From: Pseudobacteriovorax sp.
Lineage (GTDB): Bacteria; Bdellovibrionota_B; Oligoflexia; Oligoflexales; Oligoflexaceae
Reading direction: 5' to 3'
DNA: 48,988 bases
Assembly: GCA_050293845.1 (NCBI GenBank)
Contig: JBNKNM010000021.1
Span: forward strand, 1 to 48,988
Below, piece after piece: positions 48,492 through 48,988 of the stretch. Under the pieces are notes generated by a model. It was not told the origin of the DNA and searched no databases. It saw nothing but the letters and a program-made list of their open reading frames with translations. Position 1 is the first letter of the stretch; each line of letters opens with the position of its first letter. Position numbers and translations under genes: made by a program.

Positions 48492-48988
48492 AAAATCAAT
48501 ATTATGATTCTATTGAGAAAAATTGTATATTTGGAGCAGCACGGTCCTAAGTGAGGATTGTTCGGCAGGAAGACGGCGAGGGTTTCGAAAAAACTGTGGT
48601 AGGCATATCTTCAAAAATTGAAGGACCTATTTGCCACTCCAAACTAATCATATAAAACTCTTTGTTAAAAGAAGGTGAGAACATGTTACTGTAATATCTT
48701 TACCTTCTTACCAATAACCATATTTATTCTCCTCCTGTTATATAGAAATAGAAAGCTTCTTAGTATTTTCATACCTAACAGGAAAGGCATCGACAAGCGA
48801 ATAAAGCCTTTCATACATTCTCACGAAGCTTTCATCCTCCTTACTCTATACTGTAGGAACTGGGCTTATCATTTTTTTATACAGCCCTATGCATTTTCGT
48901 ATTTATTTTTGCAAAAACTCATATAACCGAGTGATCTAGCTTAATAGCTAGAAGCCCAGAAATTTTTAAACCACTGGCATACATAGCT

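Noticed and set aside
48535..48600. Partial resemblance to the 3' half of a c-di-GMP-I riboswitch (CACGGTCCTAAG...GACGGCGAGG)
   Set aside because: The 5' GGCAAAC...GAAA...GACGCAAA part is absent; it would need an Infernal search to revive.
48675..48926. 83-aa hydrophobic plus-strand ORF
   Set aside because: GTG start without a well-spaced RBS; the composition is explained by AT-rich DNA.
1..48988. CRISPR arrays, tRNA/rRNA genes, IS elements, prophage or known defence systems
   Set aside because: I saw no spaced direct repeats, RNA-gene signatures, or transposase, integrase or phage motifs by eye.

Overview
Bacterial chromosomal segment of moderate GC. Gene content and order suggest Bdellovibrionota/Oligoflexia-type or related deltaproteobacterial-like DNA (inference). 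It is mostly housekeeping: purM-pyrB, lolA, pncC, fadD, two short flagellins, tilS-ftsH-folP-cdaA-cdaR-glmM-pdxJ-tsaE, thrABC, acpP-rpiB-glyA-nrdR-ribE-ribB(X)-ribH-nusB, lpxH and amtB. I saw no tRNA, rRNA, CRISPR array or mobile element. Most notable: (1) a 1028-aa fusion of an ArsP/DUF318-like permease, seven Ca-binding FG-GAP-type repeats, a Cys-rich insert and an ASPIC/UnbV domain; (2) several sigma28-like promoters, including a perfect one ahead of a PocR-type sigma54 activator; (3) two CsrA-like hairpins in the flagellin leader with NGGU instead of NGGA loops; (4) several apparently degenerate domains (TrpC-like, RibBX, DUF3050, PocR); (5) an atypical kinase-like gene behind a PilZ gene, a protein glutaminase and a Cys-rich secreted mini-protein; (6) a probable chimeric junction near position 100. 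All family calls come from motif recognition by eye; no database searches were run.
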